From Myxococcota bacterium (GTDB taxonomy: Bacteria; Myxococcota_A; Polyangia; Nannocystales; Nannocystaceae), in the NCBI GenBank assembly GCA_039028615.1, contig JBCCHT010000007.1:96001-160000 (forward strand): a stretch of DNA of 64,000 nt, in the 5' to 3' direction. Below are positions 37,487 to 48,372 of this stretch, piece after piece (the first letter of the stretch is position 1; each line of letters starts with the position of its first letter). The notes beneath the pieces are model-generated. The model was not told the origin of the DNA. It ran no database searches and was given only the letters and a program-made list of their open reading frames with translations. A program made the translations under genes and the position numbers.

Positions 37487-38827
37487 GTGGCCACTGCCAA
37501 CCAAGCCCAGACGGTGCGAGAGCAGCGCTTCGCGCGAGCCGTGGATCGCGAGGTCGCGCCGCTGTGGCACGACCGCTTCGCCCGGCTGATCTTCCGGCAC
37601 CTTCCCCGCGGCGCCAATGCCTTCACCCTCGACGTGCACTGCGGCGCGGGTCGGACCACCTACGAGCTGCTCGAGCGCCTCGGTGACCAGGCCCGAGTGC
37701 TCGCGCTCGAGCCCGACGGCGCGCTGCGGCACCTGGCCAAGGCCCGCATGCGGCCCGAGTGGAAGGGCCGCGTGTACCTCAAGGATGGCGCCCTCACCGA
37801 CGTCGTCGGCATGGGCGAGAACACCTACGACCTCGTCACCGCCAACCTGGTGCTGGGCGAGGTGCAGAACTTCCGCGAGTCGCTGCGCGAGATCCTGCGG
37901 GTGACCAAGCCCGGCGGGCACGTGCTCGCCACCGTGCCCCTGGCCGGGACCTGGTCCGAGGTCGAGGACTTGTTTCGCGCCGTGCTGCGCGACGCCAAGC
38001 ACAAGGACGCGGCCCGCCGCCTGCGGCACCTGGCTCGGCTGCGCCCGAGCGGCCAGGACATCGCCCGGACCATCACCGACCTGGGCGTCGGGCCCCACAA
38101 CTTCATCATCGAGCAAGAGCGCACCTCGCTGCTGTTCGCCAGCGGCCGCGAGTTCTTGTTCTCGCCCGTCATCGAGCACGGCCCGCTGCGCGCCTGGAAG
38201 GCCATCCTGGGGGCGCACGACAAGCCCCAGGAGCTGTTCTGGAAGCTCAAGGAGGCCATCGACGCCTACTACTCCACCAGCGTGTTCTCGGTGAGCGCGG
38301 TGCTCGGCCTGCTCTACGTGCGGGTGCCCGAAGAGGGCGCCGCGGGGGCCCACGCCGCGGCCGAGACGGCCGGCGAGTACTGGCGCCGCTACCCCGAGCT
38401 CGACTCCCTGTTCCAGCGCGCCGAGCGAGGCGAAGCAGAAGAAGACATCGACATCGATCTCGATCTCGATGACGACGACGACGACGACGATGAAGACGAA
38501 ACGCCGACGCTCGAGCGGGTCGCGGCGTCGGCCTCGTCCTCGTCCATGGCCATGAGCGCCGAGGACGAAGCCATCTTCGCCCTGCTCGACCAGCCTTCCG
38601 GCAAGCAAGAAGGCAACGCCGAGCTCGACGCGCTGCTCGACCAGGTCCTCGAGTTCGCCAAGCCTCAAGAAGAGATCGAAGAGCTCGACGGCGAAGAGCT
38701 CGAAGAAGTGGTCGCGCCCGAGGACATCCGCCGCCCCGGCGAGACCCTCAAGCGCATCAAGTCGCTGCTTCCGCCGCCGCCCGTCATCCCGCCCCCGCCT
38801 CCGGGCGGGCGCAACAAGGGCGACTGA
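37487..38827 (+). CDS. class I SAM-dependent methyltransferase domain protein with acidic C-terminal tail
   Basis: LDVHCGAG motif I, YDLVTANL, LRVTKPGG; poly-Asp/Glu-rich C-terminus ending in poly-Pro. Confidence 0.8.
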   Translation: MATANQAQTVREQRFARAVDREVAPLWHDRFARLIFRHLPRGANAFTLDVHCGAGRTTYELLERLGDQARVLALEPDGALRHLAKARMRPEWKGRVYLKDGALTDVVGMGENTYDLVTANLVLGEVQNFRESLREILRVTKPGGHVLATVPLAGTWSEVEDLFRAVLRDAKHKDAARRLRHLARLRPSGQDIARTITDLGVGPHNFIIEQERTSLLFASGREFLFSPVIEHGPLRAWKAILGAHDKPQELFWKLKEAIDAYYSTSVFSVSAVLGLLYVRVPEEGAAGAHAAAETAGEYWRRYPELDSLFQRAERGEAEEDIDIDLDLDDDDDDDDEDETPTLERVAASASSSSMAMSAEDEAIFALLDQPSGKQEGNAELDALLDQVLEFAKPQEEIEELDGEELEEVVAPEDIRRPGETLKRIKSLLPPPPVIPPPPPGGRNKGD

Positions 38828-38833
38828 GCACTC

Positions 38834-40000
38834 ATGCGGCGCAGCGTTTCGTTGTTCGCCCTCGCCGTGGTCGTGGGCTGCGGCGGCGGTGAGACCCCCG
38901 AGCGCCAGGCGCCGCCGAAGCCTCCGCCCCGCGAGGCGGCCAAGGTCCCCGTCGCCCCACCGACCCCCCGCGAGGTCCGCCCCGACGAGCGCAAGGGCCC
39001 GCCCGTCCGCAAGGACGGCACGATGTTCGTCGAGTCCGAGCTCATGGGCACTCGGATCTCGCTCAACGTGTTCGTGGGCGACGAGGCCAAGGCACCCGAG
39101 GCCGCCCTGGCCATTCGCGCCGCCGTCGACGAGATGGACCGCCTCGAGCAGATCCTCAGCGAGTGGCGAGCCGACAGCAACCTGTCCACGCTCAGCGACG
39201 CCGCCGGGGGCCCGGCCGTGGTCATCGTGCCCGAGCTGTTCGAGGTCCTCGAGCGCAGCAAACAAATCGCCGAAGACACCGAGGGCGCCTTCGACCCCAC
39301 CTTCCACGGCGTCGGCCAGCTGTGGAGCTTCAAGCCCGGGGCCACGCCGCCCACCGCCAAGGCCGTGGCCGCCAAGCTCCCGCTGGTCGACTGGACCAAG
39401 CTCAGCCTGAACGCCGAGACCCGGCAGGCCCAGCTCACCGCGGCCGGCATGAAGCTGGGCCTCGGCGCCATCGGCAAGGGCTTCGCCGCCGACAAAGCCT
39501 CCGCCGTGCTGAAGGCCAAGGGCTTTGCCGACCACGTGATCGAGGTCGGCGGCGACACCTACGCGGCCGGGACCAAGGGCGGCAAGCCCTGGATGGTCGG
39601 CATCCAAAAACCCGGCGCACGCGGGGCCCTGGGGGCGATTCCCAGCTCCGACCAGGCGGTCGTGACCTCGGGCGACTACCAGCGTTACTTCGAGCACGAG
39701 GGCAAGCGCTACGCCCACATCCTGGACCCGCGCACGGGCTGGCCCATCCCCGCCGAGCGCAGCCCCAAGAGCGTCACCCTGGTGGCCAAGAACGCGACCG
39801 ATGCCGATGCCTACTGCACCGCCGTCGCGGTCATGGGCGTCGAGGCGGGCATGGCCTTCGTGGAAGAGCGCGACGCCCTCGAGGTCGTGATCATCACCCA
39901 GGACGACGAGATGCGCGTCTCCAGCGGGCTGCAATCGAACCTGGTGCTACCGCCGAATCCTCCGCCGCCGCCCAAGCCAGCTCAGCCCCCCAAGCCGTAG
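38834..40000 (+). CDS. apbE: FAD:protein FMN transferase
   Basis: VVGC lipobox, LMGT, TEGAFDPT, LGAIGKGFAAD, VTSGDYQRYF, HILDPRTG, ADAYCTA. Confidence 0.95.
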   Translation: MRRSVSLFALAVVVGCGGGETPERQAPPKPPPREAAKVPVAPPTPREVRPDERKGPPVRKDGTMFVESELMGTRISLNVFVGDEAKAPEAALAIRAAVDEMDRLEQILSEWRADSNLSTLSDAAGGPAVVIVPELFEVLERSKQIAEDTEGAFDPTFHGVGQLWSFKPGATPPTAKAVAAKLPLVDWTKLSLNAETRQAQLTAAGMKLGLGAIGKGFAADKASAVLKAKGFADHVIEVGGDTYAAGTKGGKPWMVGIQKPGARGALGAIPSSDQAVVTSGDYQRYFEHEGKRYAHILDPRTGWPIPAERSPKSVTLVAKNATDADAYCTAVAVMGVEAGMAFVEERDALEVVIITQDDEMRVSSGLQSNLVLPPNPPPPPKPAQPPKP

Positions 40001-40054
40001 GCCCTCGGGCTCATCCCGAGCCGCACAACGGGCCAACTCGCAGGCCGGCGGCCG

Positions 40055-41071
40055 TCAGTAGGAGTTCTCGTCGAGCACGACCTTGCCGCGGAACACCCAG
40101 TAGACGGTCGCGGTGTAGCCCACCACCAAGGGCATGCCGATGGCGGCGAAGAGCGTCATCAACTCGAGCGTGGACTCCGACGACGAGGCCCGATGCAGGT
40201 GCAGGCTGTCCGCAAAATCGACGCTCGAGACCACGAGGTTGGGATAGAGCGCGGACGCAGCCAGGAACACGAGCCCGGCGATGGAGGCACACGAGGACGC
40301 GAAGGCGACCCCCGGTTTGTTGCCCCACAGCGCCCGCGGGATGTTGGCCAGCGCCAGTGCCAACAGCACGGGCATGACCCACACGATGGGCCAGCGCTCG
40401 AAGTTCACCAGCAGGTGCGGCACCCGGGAAAACGCGAGAAAACCGACGAGGAGGTTGAGCCCGACGAAGGCAAAGAACCCGCCCCACGCCAGTGTCCGTA
40501 CCCGCACGGCCAGCTCGCCTTCGACCTTGAGACCCAAGTAGATGGCCCCGTGCATGGCCGCCCCGCTCACCGCGAGCAGGCCCACCGCGACCGAGAAGGG
40601 ATCGAACACGTCGCCCAGGTGCCCGGCGAAGCGCCCCTCGGGGGTCAGCGGCACGCCTCCCACCACGTTGCCCAGCGCCAGGCCGAACACGAAGGTCGCG
40701 GTCGCGCTGGAGATGAAGAACGAGTAGTCCCAGTAGCTGCGCCAGAACTTGGACTGACTCTTCGAGCGGAACTCGATGGAGATGGCCCGGCCGATGAGCG
40801 ACAGCAGCACGAGGATGACCGGCAGATACAGCCCGGACAGCACGGTGGCGTAGGCATCGGGGAAGGCAGCGAACAGCGCCCCGCCGAAGGTCACCAGCCA
40901 GACCTCGTTGCCATCCCACAGCGGACCGATGCTGTTGAGGGCCAGGCGACGCTCGTGGTCGCCACGGATCAGCGGGTGCACGATGCCGACGCCCAGGTCG
41001 AAGCCATCGAGGATGGCGTAGCCCAGCAGCAGGACGCCGAGCATCACGAACCACAGCAGGGCGTAGTCCAT
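40055..41071 (-). CDS. cydB: cytochrome bd ubiquinol oxidase subunit II
   Basis: YAILDGFDLGVG, IGPLWDGNEVWL, YWVFRGKV. Confidence 0.97.
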   Translation of the reverse strand: MDYALLWFVMLGVLLLGYAILDGFDLGVGIVHPLIRGDHERRLALNSIGPLWDGNEVWLVTFGGALFAAFPDAYATVLSGLYLPVILVLLSLIGRAISIEFRSKSQSKFWRSYWDYSFFISSATATFVFGLALGNVVGGVPLTPEGRFAGHLGDVFDPFSVAVGLLAVSGAAMHGAIYLGLKVEGELAVRVRTLAWGGFFAFVGLNLLVGFLAFSRVPHLLVNFERWPIVWVMPVLLALALANIPRALWGNKPGVAFASSCASIAGLVFLAASALYPNLVVSSVDFADSLHLHRASSSESTLELMTLFAAIGMPLVVGYTATVYWVFRGKVVLDENSY

Positions 41072-42558
41072 CAGTCCCGCGCCCCTTCCTGCGGCTCACG
41101 GGGCAGCGCGTGGCCGCTGCGGGCCGCGACCTCGGCCTCGGTATCCGTATAGGAGTGGCCCCCGCGCCCCACCGCCGCCGAGGCGGCCGCGCCCACCAGT
41201 CCGAGCGTCTCCCCCGAGTCGCGCGGACGGGGCTCGGGCGGACCGTGGCGGATCTTCTCGTTGACCACGTAGATCCACACGGCAAACAGCGCCATGTAGA
41301 CCAGCGCGAAGGCGATGAGCGAGATCAAGACCTGCTCGGCGGGCACCACCGCCGACACGGCATCGCGCGTGCGCAGCAGCCCGTAGACGACCCAGGGCTG
41401 ACGCCCCACCTCGGCCGCGACCCACCCGGTTTGGTTGGCGATATAGGGGCCGATGACCGCCACCACGAACGCCCACAGCAGCCAGCGCTGGTTGAATAGC
41501 CGCCCGCGCCACCACAGCACGAGCCCCAGCGTGGTCATGCCGATGAACAGCATGCCCAGCCCGACCATCACGTGATAGCTGAGGAAGGGCACCACCACGG
41601 GCGGGCGGTCTTCGGGCGGGAACTGGTCGAGGGCGGTCACGGGACGATCGAAGTCGTCGTAGACCAGGAAGCTGAGCATCTTGGGGATGGCGACGCCGTA
41701 GCGCACCTGTTGCGCCTCGACGTCGGGATACCCGAATAGCCACAGCTCGGTGCCGTGCTCGACCGTTTTGAAGTGCCCCTCGAAGGCGGCGAGCTTGGGC
41801 GGCTGGTTTTCCGCCACGGCTCGCGCCTGCGAGTGTCCGCTGACCAGCTCGCCCCACGACGCCAGCGCTCCCACCACCAACGCGATGGTGAAGCTGCGCT
41901 TGGCAAAGTCCTCGTGGCGGTGCTTGAGCAGGTACCAGGCGCTGATGCTCATCACGAAGAAGGCCCCCAGGATGAACGCGCCCAGCATGACGTGCCCGAG
42001 CCGATGCATCGACGAGGGGTTGAAGACCATCGTCCAGAAGTCGGTGATCTCGACCCGGAGCGCGCCCTCGTGCTCGACCAGGTGATAGCCGGCCGGGGTC
42101 TGCTGCCACGAGTTAGCGATGATGATCCAGACGGCCGAGAAGCACGACCCGAGGAACACCATCAAGGTGGCGAAGAAGTGCATGCGCGGGCCGACGCGGT
42201 TCCACCCGAACACCAAGACGGCGAGGAAGCCCGACTCCAAGAAGAACGCAAAGATGCCTTCGGCCGCCAACGCAGAGCCGAACACATCGCCCACGAAGCG
42301 CGAATAGGCGGCCCAGTTGGTGCCGAACTGGAATTCCATGGCGATGCCGCTGGCCACCCCCACCGCGAAGTTCACGGCGAAGATGCGCGTCCAGAAGCGA
42401 GTCATCGCTTCGTACTGTGGATCGCCCGTACGCAGGTACAGGCCCTCCATGATCACCATCAACAGCCCCAAGCCGATCGACAGCGGCGGGAACAGGTAAT
42501 GAAACATTACCGTCAGGGCAAACTGGGCACGAGACAACTCAACGAGGTCGAGGTCCAT
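41071..42558 (-). CDS. cydA: cytochrome bd ubiquinol oxidase subunit I
   Basis: [54 protein letters not shown] coupling to cydB. Confidence 0.97.
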   Translation of the reverse strand: MDLDLVELSRAQFALTVMFHYLFPPLSIGLGLLMVIMEGLYLRTGDPQYEAMTRFWTRIFAVNFAVGVASGIAMEFQFGTNWAAYSRFVGDVFGSALAAEGIFAFFLESGFLAVLVFGWNRVGPRMHFFATLMVFLGSCFSAVWIIIANSWQQTPAGYHLVEHEGALRVEITDFWTMVFNPSSMHRLGHVMLGAFILGAFFVMSISAWYLLKHRHEDFAKRSFTIALVVGALASWGELVSGHSQARAVAENQPPKLAAFEGHFKTVEHGTELWLFGYPDVEAQQVRYGVAIPKMLSFLVYDDFDRPVTALDQFPPEDRPPVVVPFLSYHVMVGLGMLFIGMTTLGLVLWWRGRLFNQRWLLWAFVVAVIGPYIANQTGWVAAEVGRQPWVVYGLLRTRDAVSAVVPAEQVLISLIAFALVYMALFAVWIYVVNEKIRHGPPEPRPRDSGETLGLVGAAASAAVGRGGHSYTDTEAEVAARSGHALPREPQEGARD

Positions 42559-43501
42559 CGTGATCCTTCATTGGGCACCATAGCAGTCGCGATCATGCGG
42601 GCAACTCGGTGGCAATGCGGCTGGACGCTCGCGTCGACGACGACGAACGAGGGCCTCGAAGACGTCGATGAGACGACGGACTCGACGGGTTGCGTTCGCC
42701 GCAGCCGTGGGCGACCGAGCATCGTGATGGTTCTCCACTCGTCGACCTCCAACGCCGCCGCCAGCACGCGTCGACACCAGTCACTCGGCTCGAGCTCCGC
42801 CGACGATCTCTCGGCGCGCACCTCCAGAAAAAACCCGGCCGCCTCGCGACGCGAACCCGAAGGCCCGTTGGGCGCACGTCATTGACGAAGGCGAGCCCAC
42901 ATCACGATCGCGCGCGCGCAACCGGACGATGCGGGACCGACGGGAGCGAAACGAGTAGTCCACCAAGCACCTCGGGCACGAATTTCGGCCCTCCGCATCA
43001 CCGACCCTTCGTCGATACGCAATACGGGCGGCCGGGTGCACCGCGCCCGTGAACCGAGCGATGGGCAGAGGCAACGAACCCTCTGGATGCGGAGCCGTGG
43101 CGCCACCATCGACCGGGAATCACGGGGGTTTCCGACCCCCAGCGGATCGCTTGGGACCACGAATCATCAGTTTTCACCGACGGAAAACTCGTATCTACAA
43201 ATACAGCTCAAACCGTGTTCGTCGACTTCCAGCCACCCGAACCGAGCGCTCGAGCGTCCCGTTCATGAACCGATTTGCAACGTTCAGCCCTTGGCCAATC
43301 GCTTTTGATCGCTTGGTTAGCAAGATCGCGATCCGAGCAAATTTGCGTCGTAGGCGGTGCTACGAGCCATTCTCCGCGGTTTTATGCTTGCGGGAGCCCG
43401 ATGTAGTCCGGTAGGCTCGATGTGGCTCCGGGTACGTATTGTTAGCACCGTTAGATGTACCCGTCGTCACTGCCTCTCGTCCCTTCAATCGGAGCCGTGT
43501 G

Positions 43502-44947
43502 ATGTTTGCCGTCCGTCCCAAAACCGACACGCTCGCCCGTGTTTTTGTACCGACCCTCGCCCTGAGTCTGTTGGCCATCGCTGTCCCCCCCACGGCGTCG
43601 GCCACTGAGCCGGAGGACGACCTCCGTCCCGCGACGTGGGACATGACCGTCGAAGAGCTGCAGGAGATTGGCCTCGGTCAATACCGAGGCGACCCGGTCC
43701 CCGTCCCTTCGCACCTCCCCCATCGTCGCATCCCCGGCACCCCCCCCGAGCACGCGACGCAAGGCCGCATCTTCGTCAACTTCGACGGCGCCAACCTGAC
43801 CAGTGGCGGCGACAACTCGCAGACGAACACCACGCAGATCGGCCAGCTCGTAGGCAACTTCGCGGCCTACGGCGCGGGTGAGAAGCGAGCGGCGGTGATG
43901 CAAGCGGTGCGGGCCGACTGGGAAGCGTACGACGTCATCGTGACCGACACCCGCCCCGCGTCGGGCGACTACACGATGAACATGACCGGGCCCACCAACC
44001 CCTTCGGGGGCGGCGTGCTGGGCATCGCTCCGGTCGACTGCGGCGACGCGCAGACCCACAACAACATCACCTACGCGTTCCACAGCTCGAGCGACTCGTT
44101 CTCGGCTGCGGTCACGGCCACCACCATCGGCCAGGAGGTGGCGCACTCGTACGGCCTCGAGCACGTCGACGAGCCGGGCGACATCATGAACCCGTTCAAC
44201 GCGGGTGGCGACGCGGCGTTCACCGACAACTGCATCGCGATCGTTCAGAACCTGTACTGCCCCAACCAGCACCAGGCCGAGTGCGGGGTGAACAACATGC
44301 AGAACTCCCACGCGGAGTTGATGACCCTGTTCGGCCCCTCCGAGCCGGACACGGCCGCGCCCACGGTGGAGATCACGTATCCCTCCGACGGTGACACCTT
44401 CCCCACCGGGTCGAGCTTCACCATCATGGTGACGGCCAACGACGACCAGGCCATCGACTCGGTCACCCTGTACTCCAACGATGCCGAGCAAGGGGCCGAC
44501 GGCTCCGAGCCCTACGGGTGGGACGTCGACAGCATCCCGGCCGGCACCTACTCGTTCCACGTCGTGGCCGTCGACACCGGCGGCAACGAGACGCTCAGCA
44601 ACACCGTGACCATCGAGGTCGGCGACGACCTGCCCCCGCCCGACGACGATGGCGGTGGCGGTGACGATGGAGGCGGCGGCGACGATGGTGGTGACGGAGG
44701 CGGCGATGGCGGCGACGGCGGCGGCAGTGGTGCCGACGACGGAGGCGGTGGAGATGGGGCCGGCGACGATGGGCCCGTCGATCCCGATGACGACGGCGCG
44801 CTGCCTCCCGGCTTCGGCCAAGACTTCGGCGACGACGGCAGCGCGGCAGGATGCACCTGCCGGAACAACGGTTCGTCCGGTGGCGGCCTGCTTGGACTGT
44901 TCGGCCTATTGATGCTCGGAACCATCCGACGCCGTCGGGGGTCGTGA
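43502..44947 (+). CDS. MYXO-CTERM-anchored secreted protein with metzincin-like domain and bacterial Ig-like domain
   Basis: Signal peptide; QEVAHSYGLEH...DIMNP; PTVEITYPSDG Ig-like domain; GGDDG low-complexity linker; GCTC...LLGLFGLLMLGTIRRRR sorting signal. Confidence 0.85.
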   Translation: MFAVRPKTDTLARVFVPTLALSLLAIAVPPTASATEPEDDLRPATWDMTVEELQEIGLGQYRGDPVPVPSHLPHRRIPGTPPEHATQGRIFVNFDGANLTSGGDNSQTNTTQIGQLVGNFAAYGAGEKRAAVMQAVRADWEAYDVIVTDTRPASGDYTMNMTGPTNPFGGGVLGIAPVDCGDAQTHNNITYAFHSSSDSFSAAVTATTIGQEVAHSYGLEHVDEPGDIMNPFNAGGDAAFTDNCIAIVQNLYCPNQHQAECGVNNMQNSHAELMTLFGPSEPDTAAPTVEITYPSDGDTFPTGSSFTIMVTANDDQAIDSVTLYSNDAEQGADGSEPYGWDVDSIPAGTYSFHVVAVDTGGNETLSNTVTIEVGDDLPPPDDDGGGGDDGGGGDDGGDGGGDGGDGGGSGADDGGGGDGAGDDGPVDPDDDGALPPGFGQDFGDDGSAAGCTCRNNGSSGGGLLGLFGLLMLGTIRRRRGS

Positions 44948-44984
44948 GCTAGCCGCTCCGAACCGCGTTATTCGAGCATTCCAT

Positions 44985-45030
44985 CGACGCCGCCCTCCGG
45001 TCTGCACCCGGTCGGCGGCGTCGTTCGTTT
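44985..45030 (+). terminator. rho-independent terminator
   Basis: CGACGCCGCC/GGCGGCGTCG stem followed by TTCGTTT, downstream of stop 44947. Confidence 0.65.
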
Positions 45031-45148
45031 GATCGATCGACCGAGCCCTGGTGCCAATCGTCGCGATCCGCCCGGTTCACCGATCCAGGGCGCGGCGATC
45101 TCGAAATCGCCTGATAGACTCGTGGTCACCCTCCGAGGAGCTGCCTGC

Positions 45149-48100
45149 ATGGCCAAAGCACCCGTGGTGAAGGCACCCAGCGACGAACGCAAAGATCGAA
45201 GAACCCGGTTCGCCTCTGGCCCGGGTCCGATGCGGATGCCGTCGCCCCCCACCGTCAGCCCACCCAACACGGCCCCCAAACCTCCCGTCGCCAAAGCACC
45301 TGTCGCGGTTCCCCCGACGGCCAAGAAGGCCGCACCGATTCCGGCCAAGCCCGTCGCTCCCGCGAAGCCGGTCGCGCCCGTGGCTCGGCCAAAGCCCGAC
45401 ATCAAGAAGACGCAGATGCTCATGGGCGCACCGCCCATGCCCGGCGCACCGCCCAAACCCGCGGCGCCACCCCGGCCGGCCGCACCCGCGCCGAGCGTGT
45501 CGGCGGCCACGCTCGCCAAGCGCAACACCGCGTCGGTCGTGCATCGACCGCAGGTGACCTCGGGCACCAACACCAACGACGGTCTGCCATCGCATCAAGA
45601 GACCGCCATCGGTCCCGCTCCGCTGCCGCCCACGCCTTCGCCCAAGCCCGCCACCAAGACGGCGCCTCCGATCGCTCCCGCTCCGGCCGTCGTCGCGGCT
45701 GCGCCCGCGCTCGAGCAAAAGTCGTCCTACGACGACCTCTACTCCGGCGAGCCCACGCTCAAGGCGAACCTCGACGGGCCCGAGGCCGCGGCCATGCGCG
45801 ACGCGTTGCTCGAGCGGGACACCATGGTGCCCACGGGCCCCAACACGCCCACGAGCCCGGTGTCGCCCGCTTCGCGAGCCCACCACGACACGCTGCCCAA
45901 TACCGGCGCGCAGGGTGGCCCCACGCTGAACTCGGCGCCCCGGCGCGGGCTGGGTGTCGCCGACACGCAGTACCAACTCGACGAAGGCTACGCCGAGCCC
46001 GAAGCGCGGGCGTCCACCGAAGCCCTGCCTCCGGAACGAGGCGAGCGCGCGGGCACCCAGATGCACGGCACGCAGGGCCTGTCGGCCCCCGCCGCCGAAG
46101 CACCCAAGATCCGCCTCACGCCCGGCCGCAACATCCCGGGCACTCGCTACCGCATCAAGAAGTGGCTGGGCGAAGGCGGCATGGGTGTCGTGTACGAGGT
46201 CGAGCACATCGACATCGAGCGCCGCTCCGCACTGAAGATCCTGCGCTTCGACCTGAGCCAGCAGCCACAGATGGCCCAGGTCTTCCGCGACGAGGCCCGG
46301 GCCGCCAGTCGCCTCGGCTCGCCCAACATCGTCGAGGTCTACGACTTCGGCGAGCTCCCCGACGGCCGGCTCTTCTTCGCGATGGAGCTGATCGAGGGCG
46401 TCGACCTGGTCCCCGCCAACGAGCAGACCAGCATGGACTCGGCGCGGGTCATCGCAATCATGCGCCAGGTCTGTAAGGGCTTGGCCAAGGCGCACGAGGC
46501 CGGGGTCGTCCACCGCGACGTCAAGCCCGAGAACATCATCATCTCCGAGATCGACAACCGGGCCGACACGGCGAAGATCGTCGACTTCGGCATCTCGGCC
46601 ATGCTCGCCGCGGGCGAGCGACGGGCGGGCATCGCCGGTACGCCGCACTACATGGCGCCCGAGCAGATCCTCGGCGAGGAGTTCGATGGGCGCCTCGACA
46701 TCTATGCCCTGGGCTGCACCGCGTACGAGCTGATGGTCGGCATGCCGCCCTTCGACGCCGACGCGGTCGAGGAGATCCTCAAGCTCCAAGTGCACCAGGC
46801 TCCCATGGCGCCCAGCCAGCGGCGGCCCGACGTCGAGTACCCGCCTCAGCTCGAGGCGGTGATCATGCGCTGCCTCGCCAAGCGACCCGAGGAGCGCTAC
46901 GCCAACATGGCCGACCTCGAGGCCGCGCTGTGCGAGGCCCAGATCGCCGCGGGCATCGTCACCGCCTGGGACGACCTGCCCGTCCCCCCGCTGCCCGATA
47001 CCGATCGCTACGAGCGAATCGTGGCGGGCATGCCCTCCGACACCTACACGCCGGAGAAGCGCTCGCTGCTGTGGCCCATCGTCGCCGCCACCAGCACCCT
47101 GGCCGCGGCCGGGCTGGCGGCGTTCCTCATCTTCGGGGGACAGCCGACCGACGAGGACAAGAACCGCGTCGAGCAGATCATCAACGAGGCCCGGGACTCC
47201 GCGTCCAAGGCGGCCTGGGTGGTGCCTCCGCCCAACCTCGAGAGCGACCAGACCACCCTGCTCAAGGTGCAGGAGCTCGAGGCCATCGAGGGCTCGGCCG
47301 AGACCCTGGCCGACGACAGCGCGCAAGAGCTCCGCGACGAGTTCGCCAACACGCTCGTCGGGCACGGCGACCAGCTGTGGGACGTCGCGCGCAACATCTC
47401 GCAGCAGTACTACGTCTGGGCCTGGCTCTTCGATCCGAGCAACGACCGCGCCCTCGAGCGCTCCGGTCTCGACCCCTTCACCCTCAGCAACTACCGCAAG
47501 CGGGCGCTGGCAGGTGAGTTCAACGAGCTCGACCGCATGCTCGCCGGTACTGCGGCGGTGAGCGTCGTCGAGGACGAGGATCAGAAGGCCGAGATCACCG
47601 AGGCGATCAACGAGACCCTCGAGGAGTCGGAGAACATCTCGCCGCTGGCCATCGCCTCGGTGGAGCGCGACGCCGACAAGGCGGGCATCGAGCTGCCTCG
47701 TACCCGGCGTGGCTCGGGAGCGGGTCGCCCCAGCCGACGCGACGACGACCGCGATGCCGCCGCGGCACCAGCCGCCGTCGAAGAACCCGAGCCCGAGCCC
47801 GAAGAGGAGATCGTCGTCGCCGAGCCCGAGCCCGAACCCGAACCCGAGCCCGCCCCCGAACCGGTGGACACCCGGGCCGAGGCGGGCAAGAAGAAGCGCC
47901 GCACCAAGGCCAGCGCCAGCCTCGGCGACAGCGGGGGCAAGCGCGACCCCGCCCGCTCCAAAGAGCTCACCCAGCAGGCCGACAGCAAGCGGAAGAAGGG
48001 CCTACGCAAGGAAGCCAAGGCGCTATACGGGCAGGCGATCGCCGCCACCCCGGGCAACGGCGAGGCCCACCTCGGGCTCGCGCTGGTGCACTTCGACCAG

Positions 48101-48304
48101 GGCTCGTACCACAAGGCTCGCAAGTCGGCGCAGCAGGCCGTGCGCCACTCGCCTCGTAACGGACGAGCCCACAAGACGCTCGGCGACGCCTTCTACAAGG
48201 AGTTCCGCTACGACGATGCGCTCAAGGCCTACCAAGAGGCCGAGCGCCTCGGGCAGAACGTCGGGCGCCGCATCGCCGACGTGAACAAGAAGCTCGGCAA
48301 GTAG
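45149..48304 (+). CDS. membrane Ser/Thr protein kinase with Pro-rich N-terminus and C-terminal TPRs
   Basis: GAGGAG RBS; LGEGGMGVVY, ALK, HRDVKPEN, DFG, GTPHYMAPE; TM; TPR-like AHLGLALVHFDQG, AHKTLGDAFY. Confidence 0.92.
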   Translation: MAKAPVVKAPSDERKDRRTRFASGPGPMRMPSPPTVSPPNTAPKPPVAKAPVAVPPTAKKAAPIPAKPVAPAKPVAPVARPKPDIKKTQMLMGAPPMPGAPPKPAAPPRPAAPAPSVSAATLAKRNTASVVHRPQVTSGTNTNDGLPSHQETAIGPAPLPPTPSPKPATKTAPPIAPAPAVVAAAPALEQKSSYDDLYSGEPTLKANLDGPEAAAMRDALLERDTMVPTGPNTPTSPVSPASRAHHDTLPNTGAQGGPTLNSAPRRGLGVADTQYQLDEGYAEPEARASTEALPPERGERAGTQMHGTQGLSAPAAEAPKIRLTPGRNIPGTRYRIKKWLGEGGMGVVYEVEHIDIERRSALKILRFDLSQQPQMAQVFRDEARAASRLGSPNIVEVYDFGELPDGRLFFAMELIEGVDLVPANEQTSMDSARVIAIMRQVCKGLAKAHEAGVVHRDVKPENIIISEIDNRADTAKIVDFGISAMLAAGERRAGIAGTPHYMAPEQILGEEFDGRLDIYALGCTAYELMVGMPPFDADAVEEILKLQVHQAPMAPSQRRPDVEYPPQLEAVIMRCLAKRPEERYANMADLEAALCEAQIAAGIVTAWDDLPVPPLPDTDRYERIVAGMPSDTYTPEKRSLLWPIVAATSTLAAAGLAAFLIFGGQPTDEDKNRVEQIINEARDSASKAAWVVPPPNLESDQTTLLKVQELEAIEGSAETLADDSAQELRDEFANTLVGHGDQLWDVARNISQQYYVWAWLFDPSNDRALERSGLDPFTLSNYRKRALAGEFNELDRMLAGTAAVSVVEDEDQKAEITEAINETLEESENISPLAIASVERDADKAGIELPRTRRGSGAGRPSRRDDDRDAAAAPAAVEEPEPEPEEEIVVAEPEPEPEPEPAPEPVDTRAEAGKKKRRTKASASLGDSGGKRDPARSKELTQQADSKRKKGLRKEAKALYGQAIAATPGNGEAHLGLALVHFDQGSYHKARKSAQQAVRHSPRNGRAHKTLGDAFYKEFRYDDALKAYQEAERLGQNVGRRIADVNKKLGK

Positions 48305-48372
48305 CCCCGAGCTTCACACTCACTCCATCGCCGCACGCGGTCGCATCAGGACCCGTGCGGCGATTCGCATGG

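Noticed and set aside
40001..40054. cydX/cydS small subunit after cydB
   Set aside because: Only 54 bp separate cydB from the convergent apbE stop; no suitable hydrophobic ORF.
42559..43501. Short ORFs, riboswitch or tRNA in the long intergenic region
   Set aside because: The ORFs lack GC3 bias and motifs; I could not recognise tRNA cloverleaf, cobalamin or c-di-GMP riboswitch consensus elements by eye.
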